Positions 1 to 9,047 of a DNA stretch of 64,000 nt are shown here, in pieces. The first letter of the stretch is position 1, and each line of letters starts with the position of its first letter. This DNA is from Myxococcota bacterium (GTDB taxonomy: Bacteria > Myxococcota_A > UBA796 > UBA2385), in contig JBIJDH010000012.1 of NCBI GenBank assembly GCA_044344255.1, positions 128,001 through 192,000 of the forward strand. The letters are read 5' to 3'. Below the pieces are notes generated by a model. It was not told where the DNA came from. It saw nothing but the letters and a program-made list of their open reading frames with translations, and did not search any database. The position numbers were made by a program, and so were the translations under genes.

Positions 1-1
1 C

Positions 2-991
2 GAGGGCAGCTCGACCGCCGAGCGCGAGGTGGGCACCGGCACCGTGAGCGCCCTCGAGGACGGCAAGGCCAAGGTCGACATCTCCCGCGGCAGCCGCGTA
101 GAGAAGGGTGACCTCGCCGAGCCCGCCCCCACCGGCCGCGCCGTCTCGCCGCTGGCCCCCGAGCGCCTCGGCGACCTCGGCGAGGCCGGCGTCATCCTCC
201 GGCCCACGCTGCCGCTCGACACCCTCGGCGTCGCCTTCGTCAACGAGGCCTGGGCGAGCTGGACCTTCGACGCCCCCTGGTACGCCGAGGTGCGCCTCTC
301 GCCGGCCGGCTTCGGCTGGAGCCAGGACGGCAACGCCATCTCCGTCGCCGCCGTCGCCGCAGGCGGCCTCGACAACCGCTGGTTCTCGGTCGGCCTCGGC
401 GCCGGCTGGTCGATGCTCAACCAGGACGTCTCGGTGATGAAGACCGACTACGCCGTGGGGGCAGAAGACGGCGGCGGTTTCTACGAGGAGGTGTCCTTCC
501 AGGAGGTCGACCGCGCCTTCTCCCTCGCCCAGCAGGCCCGCCTCGGCCCGAAGGACGGCGTGAGCGTGACCGTGCGCAACACCTTCGTCCTCGTCCCCGA
601 GTACAGCTACGACTACTCCACCTGCGTCTACGACGAGACCTACGACTCCTCCTGCGTGAAGCGCACCGACGAGGGCAAGGCCTTCGCCTTCGGCGGCATC
701 GCCATGCGCTTCACGCTGCCCGTGGGCCAGCGCACCGACCTCTTCGGAGACTGGGGCACCGGCAAGGCGGGCGCCACCTGGGTCACCGGCGGCGTCTCGA
801 CCTGGATCCGCGGCAACGGCGACCGCGGCAGCCTCGCCCTCGAGGTGGCCGCCGGCTACGGCGAGGTGGTGGGGAGCCCGAACAAGCGGAACATCTCGCT
901 CGGAGGTCCGCTCGTGAGCGCCGGGGTCCGCTGGCGCTTCGGCGTCGATCGAGACCCGAAGGCCCCGCCGGCCGAGCCGCCGGCGAAGTAG
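2..991 (+). CDS. Hypothetical outer-membrane/beta-strand-rich protein, 5'-truncated by the window edge
   Basis: Frame is open from base 2 to TAG at 989-991. GC-rich third positions, alternating beta-strand patterns, and a near-terminal 'AGVRWRF' strand. Confidence 0.55.
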   Translation, partial: EGSSTAEREVGTGTVSALEDGKAKVDISRGSRVEKGDLAEPAPTGRAVSPLAPERLGDLGEAGVILRPTLPLDTLGVAFVNEAWASWTFDAPWYAEVRLSPAGFGWSQDGNAISVAAVAAGGLDNRWFSVGLGAGWSMLNQDVSVMKTDYAVGAEDGGGFYEEVSFQEVDRAFSLAQQARLGPKDGVSVTVRNTFVLVPEYSYDYSTCVYDETYDSSCVKRTDEGKAFAFGGIAMRFTLPVGQRTDLFGDWGTGKAGATWVTGGVSTWIRGNGDRGSLALEVAAGYGEVVGSPNKRNISLGGPLVSAGVRWRFGVDRDPKAPPAEPPAK

Positions 992-1130
992 GGCGCCCGA
1001 ACGACGAACCGGGGCGGTCCCCGTCGGCGCGGCCCCTCCGGCGCGGTGGAGGTCACCTCTGTCCACGTCTGGCGTCCTGTCGCGGACCGTCTCCCGCGAC
1101 AGGCCCCCGAGGGCGGCATAGGGAGCCTCC

Positions 1131-1769
1131 ATGACGCGCATCGCCGTGATGGACTTCGAGACGACGGGCCTCTCCCCTCTCCAGGGAGACCGCGCCACCG
1201 AGATCGCGATCCTCCTCATCGAAGGCGGCCAGGTGGTGGATCGGTACGTGAGCCTGATGAACGCCGGGGTGGCCGTCCCGGCGCACATCACCAACCTCAC
1301 CGGCATCTCCACCGCCATGGTCCGCGCGGCGCCTCCAGCGGCCACGGTGATGCGGGAGGCCCTCCGCAGGGTCGGCACATCGCCCATCGTCGCCCATAAC
1401 GCCTCGTTTGACCGGCGCTTCTGGATGGCCGAGGCGAACCACGTCCAAGCTCCGGCGACGAACGACTTCATCTGTACGATGCTGCTGGCCCGCCGTCTGT
1501 ACCCCGACGCGGCGAACCACCAGCTCGGGACCCTCGTTGACCTCCACCGCCTCCCCCGCCCCGGCGCCGCCCATCGGGCCCTCGCCGACGCCGAGATGGC
1601 CGCCTCCCTGCTGGCCCGGATGCAGCACGACCTCCGGCAGCAGCACCGGATCACCGAGCCCGACCCCGCGCTGCTCAAGCGCCTCCAGGCCTGCCCGACT
1701 CGGAGGGTCCCGGCCTTCCTGGCCCTGAGCGCCGCTCCGCTCGCGGCGCCCCGGGCGCGGGGGCGCTGA
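1131..1769 (+). CDS. DEDDh 3'-5' exonuclease (DnaQ/Pol III epsilon-like)
   Basis: ExoI DFETTG, ExoII AHNASFD, ExoIII HRALAD; GGGAG RBS upstream. Confidence 0.9.
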   Translation: MTRIAVMDFETTGLSPLQGDRATEIAILLIEGGQVVDRYVSLMNAGVAVPAHITNLTGISTAMVRAAPPAATVMREALRRVGTSPIVAHNASFDRRFWMAEANHVQAPATNDFICTMLLARRLYPDAANHQLGTLVDLHRLPRPGAAHRALADAEMAASLLARMQHDLRQQHRITEPDPALLKRLQACPTRRVPAFLALSAAPLAAPRARGR

Positions 1770-1775
1770 CGGGCG

Positions 1776-1805
1776 GGGGCCGAATGGGGCAAGTTGGGGC
1801 CGACA
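1776..1805 (+). repeat. Three GGGGC-led decamers with 10-bp periodicity at the left island boundary
   Basis: GGGGCCGAAT GGGGCAAGTT GGGGCCGACA lies immediately before the compositional shift. Confidence 0.45.
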
Positions 1806-1907
1806 CTTGTTAGGAGTAACAATCAGTCCCCGGCACCGAGTCCACTTTCAATGGGCAGAGAGCGCCTACCACCGAGCATACACGGACTACCATCGCGCAT
1901 CTGAGCG

Positions 1908-3206
1908 TCACCCTCGAAAGTGATCAGCATCGTTTTCGATTCGGTTGTTTCCAGAGGCTGTGATGGGCGGCAGGACTGGCACCAGTTCGGGCATCCGCCG
2001 ACAAGCAAAGTAGGCTTCAGCCACAGTTTCGAAGTCGGTCAAAACCACCCAGACTCGCCCAAAGGCGTGCGGATGATCAGCTTCCTGATCGATGACGTGG
2101 TCCCCGAAAACGTCTACGACTGCCTTCCCACCGACACACGGGAGCATGAACACAGACACAACGTCGCGAATGGGCACATCTCCATGTCCAGACTCGACGC
2201 TTGCAAACCACCGATAGAGCAACTGCTTCGCCAGAGACTCTGTGGCAGGTGGTTTTTCTTTGTGGTAGTGCTTTGCATCCACAACATACCGCAGCCCACC
2301 TGAGTCTACGACAAAATCAGGGAGAAGGCGCAGTCCTGCCATTCTTCTCCCGTCGCGCATCCTATATGTGCCACCGGGAATTCCGAGTGGGCGACCTCCC
2401 ATCACCTCCCGCAACATCGCCTCCCAGACCATAGGAAAGTTCGGCGCCCATAGAGCAGAAACGTCAGACTGGCGGGAGTTCCCTGGGGCAGAGGTCCTAG
2501 TCCAATAATGGCGCAACCAACGCGCCACCAATCGGTGGCGATCTGCATAAAGGTTCTTTTCACAGCGATCAAGAACCGAGACCGCCTCGGTCGAGGTCCA
2601 ACGCCGACCCTCCACAAAGCCTCGCCCGAGAGCTCCGCCGATCGCCGCGCAGGTGTCGAGGTGAAGTTGCGTGAAGAGATCCTCTGGATCGATTCCGTGG
2701 CGGGAGCGCCAGTGCGGGTGGGTCAGGACCTCCGCCCCATCGACGACGTGGAAACCACGTTGCTGCGTCTTCGCCCAATGGATGCGACCCTGTCGACGCG
2801 GTGAGACGTCGGTACTCGCAACGTACAGGCCACCGTTGCGCTTGGCGTCCTCGGCCAAAAGAAGGGAAGTCTCAAGCCAGGCCAAAGAGTCATCTACTGC
2901 TCCCACCTCACGCAGTCCAACTTCGCCCCAGTTCTGTTCTACCGCCCTCAGATCGGCCCGGAGCCGATAGCGATTCAGTGCTCGGAGAAGGACAAGCGCG
3001 GCCTGCAGAGCGGCGGGGCCCTCCGTTTCAGACCCACGATAGCAGCGAGGCAGGACTATTCGAACCGCGCCGTCTGCAATGTAGACACCCGGAGCGTCAC
3101 AGATCACAGAGCCATCGGGCTCAGTGCGCCAGGGGCCTGACGGGCCGACGAATCGATCTGTGGTAAACCACGCCGCGGCCGGTTGCCCTGCGACAAGTAC
3201 ACTCAT
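1908..3206 (-). CDS. McrC/LlaJI-R2-like PD-(D/E)xK restriction endonuclease subunit
   Basis: 'GRIHWAKT', 'FPMVWEAML', 'PDFVV...VVDAKHY', 'KQLLY'. Its ATG overlaps the TGA of the upstream frame (ATGA, 3203-3206). Confidence 0.8.
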   Translation of the reverse strand: MSVLVAGQPAAAWFTTDRFVGPSGPWRTEPDGSVICDAPGVYIADGAVRIVLPRCYRGSETEGPAALQAALVLLRALNRYRLRADLRAVEQNWGEVGLREVGAVDDSLAWLETSLLLAEDAKRNGGLYVASTDVSPRRQGRIHWAKTQQRGFHVVDGAEVLTHPHWRSRHGIDPEDLFTQLHLDTCAAIGGALGRGFVEGRRWTSTEAVSVLDRCEKNLYADRHRLVARWLRHYWTRTSAPGNSRQSDVSALWAPNFPMVWEAMLREVMGGRPLGIPGGTYRMRDGRRMAGLRLLPDFVVDSGGLRYVVDAKHYHKEKPPATESLAKQLLYRWFASVESGHGDVPIRDVVSVFMLPCVGGKAVVDVFGDHVIDQEADHPHAFGRVWVVLTDFETVAEAYFACRRMPELVPVLPPITASGNNRIENDADHFRG

Positions 3207-4775
3207 GGAGCTTGGGGACGCATGCGCGCAGTAACAACTTCGCTAAACACCGGCCGACCATCACTATGTCGTCGAACGAGCTGATCGTAGGTCCGAACGT
3301 CCGAATGGAACACCTGCCCCTGCCGCTGCGAGTCACGGAACACTTCCGACCAAAGGTAGTTCAGCACCTTTGAACGAAATTTGTACGTCAGCGACATAGT
3401 CTCCTCCCGGTGACGGTTGGACGAACCAAGGTCCCATCTGCTTGTCATCACTTCGTGTATGCTCAACGATGGCTTCGTTTATGGCTCGCGCGAAGTCTAC
3501 CCACGCCACACCATTGCGGTCGCCAGAGTGTAGGCGCACTCTGGTGCGTAGGAGAACGGTGGTCTCGACCCCTACGTACTGGAGCCCCCAACGACGCCGA
3601 AACGCGGTGTCCATCGGAAACAAGCTCTGATCCGAGGTGTTCATCGTCGCGTAGAGGTACAGATTCCCAGGAAGCCGGAGACGCCCGTCAGCCCAGCACG
3701 GAGAAGGCGAGGCGCTTAGTTGCTCGTCAAGCCAAGCCTTCCACTCGGCGCTTGGGACGATGGGGTACTCACTGCGGCCCCGCTCTCCGGACTCTCCGTC
3801 GCGGACCCTATCGAGAAGTTGGAACACGTCACCGAAAATGGCGGCGCAGTTTCCCCGATTGATTTCCTCCACCACGACCACCACAGCATCCTGTGGATTC
3901 TTCAAGGCACGCAGAAGCGCACAACTGAACGGTCCAGGATCAAAGGCATAGTACACACGAGGTTCCCGGGCGACATGGGAACGTCTATCAGCATCCATGA
4001 AGTCATTGAGAGACTTCATCCATCCGACGCGCGGCTTGTATGTACCCACGAAATCGAAGTATGAGTACTCAGGGTGAAACGTGACCCGGAACACCCGATC
4101 ATCGGAAGCGCGGAGGTGCGACTTGACTATCTGCTGGACTTGAAAGCTCTTTCCGGTCCCAGGCGGTCCGAAAAAAATCAGGTTATAGTACTGGTCCCAC
4201 GCAACATTTGCCGACGCGGTTTCGACGCCTGGAGATTCTTCAACGACCTCTTCAGGGTCGGATGACCCGTCGGATGCCCCATCGTCCTGGATCGTCCGTG
4301 GCGTGTCGATACCGAGCAACGGCGCTAAGTCGTACGCCGATGCGAACGGCTTTCTGAACGATGCAAATCTATCACGCACGGACGGATCGACAACTGTTCG
4401 GAGGGCTTCAAGCTTGAACTGTAGCCCCGAATACACGTTTAGATTGATAGTCTGCCGCCTCGTCGCACCGATCGGAACAAGAGTCGCCACAACTGCAGTG
4501 TAGAGGGAGACAGTTCTCCCGACGGCCGACCGCACCGCAGCCGCATTGGTCATCCAGTTTCGCCGCTGCCGCTCCTCTGTCACCCGTTCGAAGAGTACTG
4601 CTTGGTCGACCCGGTCCAGCAGCGCGAGGAGGTGGTCCCCCACCGGCACCCGCGGCTCGCCCGCCACAAGTTCGACGGGCAGGCGCAGGTCTTCCCGGCG
4701 GCGATAGTACATATCGAAGTGCAACGAAGTGTTCTCGCCGGCGAGCCGAGTCCAGAAGTCTTCATTCCAGCTCAC
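3203..4775 (-). pseudogene. McrB/LlaJI-R1-like AAA+ GTPase subunit with a 1-nt frameshift near 3377-3383 (real lesion or sequence error)
   Basis: Walker A GPPGTGKS, 'VTFHPEYSYFDFVG', Walker B 'VVEEINRGN', 'TMNTSDQS', 'AFRRRW'. The family-like C-terminus 'FRSKVLNYLWSEVF' is in another frame that ends at 3203. Confidence 0.8.
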
Positions 4776-4990
4776 TTGTCACCTCTGGAACAGATCGGGT
4801 AGCGAAGCCCTGAGCAGACCAGACCGGGTCACACTGCAAGTAGATCGCCGTAAATTGTCCGGCAACGAAGCGAACCATCCTCAACGCAGCCTCGACACTC
4901 GGATCCGGCGGTGACCTTGTTTGGGCCAGCGCACATCTTCTATAACGGGTCCCTGGCGATCACCTTTCTTCAACGAACTGCGTCAGCGGC

Positions 4991-6817
4991 TCACCCCTGG
5001 AAGTAGAAATAGCTCACCGGCGCCCACTCCGTGCCGGAGCCGCTCGTGCCGCGCACCGACCAGGCGTACCAAGTGTCGCCCACCGAGGGCCAGAAGGTCT
5101 TGCTGCCGGTGGTGGTGGTGTAGCCGTAGTAGTACTGCCAGTCGGAGCCGTCGTACCACCAGAGCTTCACCTCGTACTTCGAGGAGGCGCCGGTCCAGGA
5201 GAGGGCGACCGACTCGGTGGTCACGGTCTCTTCGCCGGTGGGGTCGAGGCGGGTGGGGGCGCTGCTCGAGGTCGTGGTGGTGGTGGTGGTGGTGGTGGTC
5301 GTGGTGGTCGTCGTGGAGCCGGAGCTCGCGACGAGGGCGACGCTGCCCCAGTTCGTGTAGCCGGCGTCGACGCGGGTCTCGACGGCGGCGGTGGTGTAGC
5401 CCGACGCGCTCACCGTGATGCCCACCTGCCCGGCTACCACGTCGTCGATGGTGTAGAGGCCGGTGCTGTTGGTGGTGCCGCTCTGCCCGGTGGAGAGGGT
5501 GACCGTGGCGCCGGCGATGGGGGCGGCGGTGTTGTAGATGCTGTCCTTGCGCACGAAGCCGATGAGGTCGCCCGTGGACGCGCTGCTCTCGGTGGTGCTG
5601 CCCGAGCCCGTGCTGCCCGTTGAGCCGGAGCCGCCGCCGCTCTCGGTGCTGCCGGTGCTGCTCGTGGCGGTCAGGCGGCCCATGAGGTCGTCCCAGTCGA
5701 AGCCGGTGCCCGGGTCGGTGTGGCAGCTCCGGCCGCCGCCGGTGCCGTAGGAGCAGCCGGGGACCTCGGTGTGGCCGATGATGTGGCTGCGGTCGAGGCT
5801 CACGCCCTGGCGGGCCGAGATGTCCAGGATGAGCGAGGAGAGCGAGCGCATCATCGGCTCGGTGTACCAGGTCTCGGGGTGCTCGATGTAGCCCTCGAGC
5901 TCGATGCTCACGCTGCGGGCGTTCGTGCCCGAGTCGCCGGCGTGCCAGGCCTTGTCGGCCTCGAGCACCATCTGGGTGATCTCGCCGTCGGAGGCGCGGA
6001 TCACGTAGTGGGCGCTCGCCCCGGCAGAGCAGTTCTGGAACCAGTTGTAGGTGCCGGTGTAGCTGCCCTGGGCGGTGTGGACGACGATCTGGTCAATCGT
6101 GCTGCTCGAGCGGCTGTCGTTTGTGTAGTTGCAGGAGGAGGCGGGGACGTAGTTGGCGATGAGCGCGGAGTCCCCGGCGGAGGCGCCGCCGCTCGTGAAG
6201 AGGAGGTCGAGGTCGAGCATCGGCACGTCGACCGGCCGGCTCTCGATGAAGATGCGCTCGCCGTCTGCGGTCTCGACGTCGAGGCCGCCCTCGATCCAGC
6301 GATAGACCTGGGCGGCATAGGAGCGCTGCGCCCCGCCGTCGCCGGAGCCCGAGTACCAGCCGACCACCTCGGCCCAGTCGCTCACGTCGTTGAATTCGAG
6401 GCCGGTCTCGATCGCGAGCTGGTCCGCCTTCCAGCGGAGCTCGCTGGCCGCGGCGAGGATGTTGGCGGCGTCGTCGTGCTGGAGGACCTCGGGCGCGACG
6501 CCGAGGCGGGCCGCGGCGCGGTCGAGGTTGGGGCCGCCGTTCGGGCGGCCGGCCTCGAGGTCCATCAGGCCGTAGCCCCGGGTGCCGCCGTGCTCGTGAT
6601 CGCCCTCGACCTCGTCTTGGAGGCGGGTCTGGCTGTAGGCCAGGGAGACGAGGAGGTCTCGCGGGACGTCGTACTGCTTCGCCGCGGCCTGGAAGGCCTC
6701 GTCGAGGCTCGCCGGCTCCGCGGGGGCCGTGGCGGCGGGCGCGCAGGCCGCGACGAGGAGCGCGGGCAGCAGGCGCAGGAGGAGAGGCGAACGGAGGGCC
6801 GGAGCGGTGCGGTGCAT
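4991..6817 (-). CDS. Lipoprotein N-acetylmuramoyl-L-alanine amidase (Amidase_2) with an N-terminal lysozyme/SLT-like region and C-terminal beta-sandwich domains
   Basis: Lipobox LVAAC; 'IVVHTAQG', 'SAHYVI', 'AWHAG', 'SIELEG', 'IIGH...HTDPG'; Ser/Gly and poly-Thr linkers. Confidence 0.85.
   Translation of the reverse strand: MHRTAPALRSPLLLRLLPALLVAACAPAATAPAEPASLDEAFQAAAKQYDVPRDLLVSLAYSQTRLQDEVEGDHEHGGTRGYGLMDLEAGRPNGGPNLDRAAARLGVAPEVLQHDDAANILAAASELRWKADQLAIETGLEFNDVSDWAEVVGWYSGSGDGGAQRSYAAQVYRWIEGGLDVETADGERIFIESRPVDVPMLDLDLLFTSGGASAGDSALIANYVPASSCNYTNDSRSSSTIDQIVVHTAQGSYTGTYNWFQNCSAGASAHYVIRASDGEITQMVLEADKAWHAGDSGTNARSVSIELEGYIEHPETWYTEPMMRSLSSLILDISARQGVSLDRSHIIGHTEVPGCSYGTGGGRSCHTDPGTGFDWDDLMGRLTATSSTGSTESGGGSGSTGSTGSGSTTESSASTGDLIGFVRKDSIYNTAAPIAGATVTLSTGQSGTTNSTGLYTIDDVVAGQVGITVSASGYTTAAVETRVDAGYTNWGSVALVASSGSTTTTTTTTTTTTTTTSSSAPTRLDPTGEETVTTESVALSWTGASSKYEVKLWWYDGSDWQYYYGYTTTTGSKTFWPSVGDTWYAWSVRGTSGSGTEWAPVSYFYFQG
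5270..5314 (-). repeat. ACC/ACG trinucleotide run encoding a poly-Thr linker
   Basis: (GGT)n run on the + strand inside the amidase CDS. Confidence 0.85.
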
Positions 6818-6954
6818 GGACGTCCTCGACGCCGCCAGCCTCGCCCTTTCTGTGCAGCCCGGTCAAGCGGGTGCACACAAGTTCGTCACAATTCTCGCCG
6901 TCGTCTCCCGCAGCCGCCCGCGGGTGCCGCCGATCTGCGGGGCGGCGCTGCCGA

Positions 6955-8274
6955 CTACGGGAGGTAGGCGGAGCTCCGGCTCCAGTCCCCGTCCGGGTAC
7001 CAGAAGAAGAGCAGCGCGCCGTCGGAGAGGGTGTCGATGACGTCCTCCGACTCCCGGTCGTCGAGCGCGGGGCAGCCCCAGGTCTCGGCCGTCTCTCCGT
7101 AATAGGACACATACTCCGCCCGCGAGCCCGACCACGGATGGACGACGATCGCGCGGCTGCGCACCTCGTCATTGTATCCGTCCTCGAGCCCGTCGAGGCG
7201 CATCGAGTAACCGTAGGTGCCCTCGTAGGTCTCTCCGGCCACCATCATGCCGAGGCTCGACATGTGGCTGCCGTCGACGTTGGAGAAGGTGTCGGCCCAG
7301 CCGGTGTCGGAGCCGGTGGAGGAGCCCTCGCCGTGGCCCACGTAGAGGTTCCAGAGGAGGCTGCCGTCAGTGAGGTCGACGATCCACTCGCGGGGCTCGG
7401 AGGAGTGGAGCGAGAAGTCGGTGATCGCGTACTCGAAGCGGTCTGTGTCGCCGTTGTCCCAGGCGATGTCGAAGGCTTGGAGCGCCGTCTCGGCGACGCC
7501 TGCGTCCATGCCCTCGGCGGCGAGGCTGGCGCCGCTCGTGAAGCCGAAGGTGACGGTGTAATCGCCATCCTTCTCGACGCCGGAGCCGTTGACCCAGCTA
7601 TCGACCACCACGTAGTAGCGGCCGGCCTCGAGCCAGGCGCCGGTGCGCCAGTGCCCACGGCGGGCGCAGTCTTCGCTGTCGAGGCTGCGGAGGAGGTGGA
7701 CGTCGACGTCGGCCCCGCTCTCAACCGAGGGGAGATCGAGCGCCAGAAAGCCGTCCTCATCGAGGTCAACCTGGTAGATCACCTCGGGGCCAGACTCATC
7801 GGTGGTGGCCGCACAGTCGTAGCTGTCAAAGGTGTCGCTGGCGGCGCCGGTGGTGCTGTTCACGTCGGTGGTGGGGAAGCTGGACACACAGACGAGGCCG
7901 GCCGGGCAGGGCTCCTCGCCGCCGCCGTCGGTGCCGCCGTCGGCGCCGCCGCTGTCGGTGCCCCCGTCGGTGCCGCCGCCCGTCCCGCCGTCGGTGCCGC
8001 CGCCGTCGGTGCCGCCGCCTGTGCCGCCGTCGGTGCCGCCGCCCGACCCGCCGTCGGTGCCGCCGCCGTCGGCGCCGCCGCCGTCGGTGGTGCCGGTGTC
8101 GCCGCTGGGCTCACCCGTGTCGCCCGCGCCGCCATCCCCGCCGCCGCCGTCCTCCGCGGCGCCCGTGGCGCGGCCGGGCTTCCGGGCCATGGGGGCCTCG
8201 GCGCAGGCCGCGAGGACGAGCGTGAGCCCGAGGGCGAGCTGAAGGAGGGCTGGGGCGGCGCGCAGAGACGGCAT
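6955..8274 (-). CDS. Lipoprotein murein L,D-transpeptidase (YkuD_2-type catalytic domain)
   Basis: ATG 8274 (MPSLRAA..., lipobox VLAAC); 'ITDFS', 'VGHGEGS', 'FSN...SSLG', 'RLDGLE', 'RAIVVH', 'TWGCPAL'. Confidence 0.8.
   Translation of the reverse strand: MPSLRAAPALLQLALGLTLVLAACAEAPMARKPGRATGAAEDGGGGDGGAGDTGEPSGDTGTTDGGGADGGGTDGGSGGGTDGGTGGGTDGGGTDGGTGGGTDGGTDSGGADGGTDGGGEEPCPAGLVCVSSFPTTDVNSTTGAASDTFDSYDCAATTDESGPEVIYQVDLDEDGFLALDLPSVESGADVDVHLLRSLDSEDCARRGHWRTGAWLEAGRYYVVVDSWVNGSGVEKDGDYTVTFGFTSGASLAAEGMDAGVAETALQAFDIAWDNGDTDRFEYAITDFSLHSSEPREWIVDLTDGSLLWNLYVGHGEGSSTGSDTGWADTFSNVDGSHMSSLGMMVAGETYEGTYGYSMRLDGLEDGYNDEVRSRAIVVHPWSGSRAEYVSYYGETAETWGCPALDDRESEDVIDTLSDGALLFFWYPDGDWSRSSAYLP
7921..8090 (-). 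repeat. Imperfect GGGTD/GGTDG coding repeat (flexible linker)
   Basis: Repeated GCCGCCGTCGGT units on the + strand within the L,D-transpeptidase gene. Confidence 0.85.
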
Positions 8275-8339
8275 GGGAGCTCCCGGGTCCCGCCGGCTAT
8301 CCCGCGCCCCTCCGCGCGCACGCGGTGACGCGACCACTG

Positions 8340-9008
8340 TCACGGGGATGTTTCGAGCGCCGAGACCAGGGGCTTCGTGTACAGACAGCCGGCGATGATC
8401 CCGATCGGGTAGATCCCGCAACACATCACCCCGAGCCCGATCATGCCCGGGATGAGCGAGAAGACCGCGATGAAGAGCCCGAGGGCGGCGAGAGGCTCCG
8501 GCTTTGTCTCGCAGCGGAGGAGACTGTCGACCACATGCTTTGTCTTCGGCCAGAAGGCGGCCCCCCACATCGGGCTCGCCGGCGGCACGACCTGCTCGCC
8601 CACCACCAAGGCGGTGTGCCCCGACCAGCCGAAGCCCTTGCTGACGTTCTGCTTCGTGTAGGTGACCGCGGCGGGCTCGGCCTCGTCGGTGAACACGAGG
8701 TCGACGAGGGCGCGGGCGTGCTGCCAGCCGCGAAAGAGGTAGGAGGGCTCGTAGCGGTCGGACAGCGCCTGGATGCCGCGCTGTCCGTCCAGCAGGTCCG
8801 CCTTGGCGGTGGTGGCGCGCACCCGGAGGCCGACCACCGTGGTGACCTGCACGAAGCAATCCCAGTGCCACTTGCAGCGCACCGCCACGATCATCGTGGG
8901 CTTCGCCTCGACGACCGTGAAGCCGAGGACCCGGAGGGTGGGCAGGCGTGCGGCGAGGCGGGGGTCGAGCGCGCTCACCGCGCACGTTTCGAGGGCGAGA
9001 TCGGTCAC
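8340..9008 (-). CDS. Hypothetical protein with a C-terminal membrane segment
   Basis: GGAG RBS before the GTG, host-like codon usage, hydrophobic C-terminal helices; no family recognised. Confidence 0.6.
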   Translation of the reverse strand: MTDLALETCAVSALDPRLAARLPTLRVLGFTVVEAKPTMIVAVRCKWHWDCFVQVTTVVGLRVRATTAKADLLDGQRGIQALSDRYEPSYLFRGWQHARALVDLVFTDEAEPAAVTYTKQNVSKGFGWSGHTALVVGEQVVPPASPMWGAAFWPKTKHVVDSLLRCETKPEPLAALGLFIAVFSLIPGMIGLGVMCCGIYPIGIIAGCLYTKPLVSALETSP

Positions 9009-9047
9009 GGCGGCTCCAGGGGCGGGAGGAGGGCCTAATTCACCGCA

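Larger units (their letters stand above)
1800..4985. mobile_element. Compositionally foreign (AT-richer) defence island; no integrase or transposase seen
   Basis: Abrupt rise in A/T and in A/T-ending codons relative to both flanks; carries only the McrBC-like pair. Boundaries are approximate. Confidence 0.6.

Noticed and set aside
3203..3466. Independent 87-aa gene
   Set aside because: Better explained as the frameshifted C-terminus of the McrB-like protein.
1806..4946. Integron cassette reading (CCTAAC near 1809-1814 and GTTATAG near 4940-4946 on the minus strand)
   Set aside because: No convincing attC palindrome with paired L/R boxes, and no integrase.
7921..8090. Repeat array as a possible CRISPR
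   Set aside because: In-frame coding repeat with no unique spacers and no cas genes.
8275..8985. N-terminal 236 aa of ORF 6955..8985
   Set aside because: It overlaps the 8340-9008 gene in another frame, and the lipoprotein signal begins at ATG 8274.
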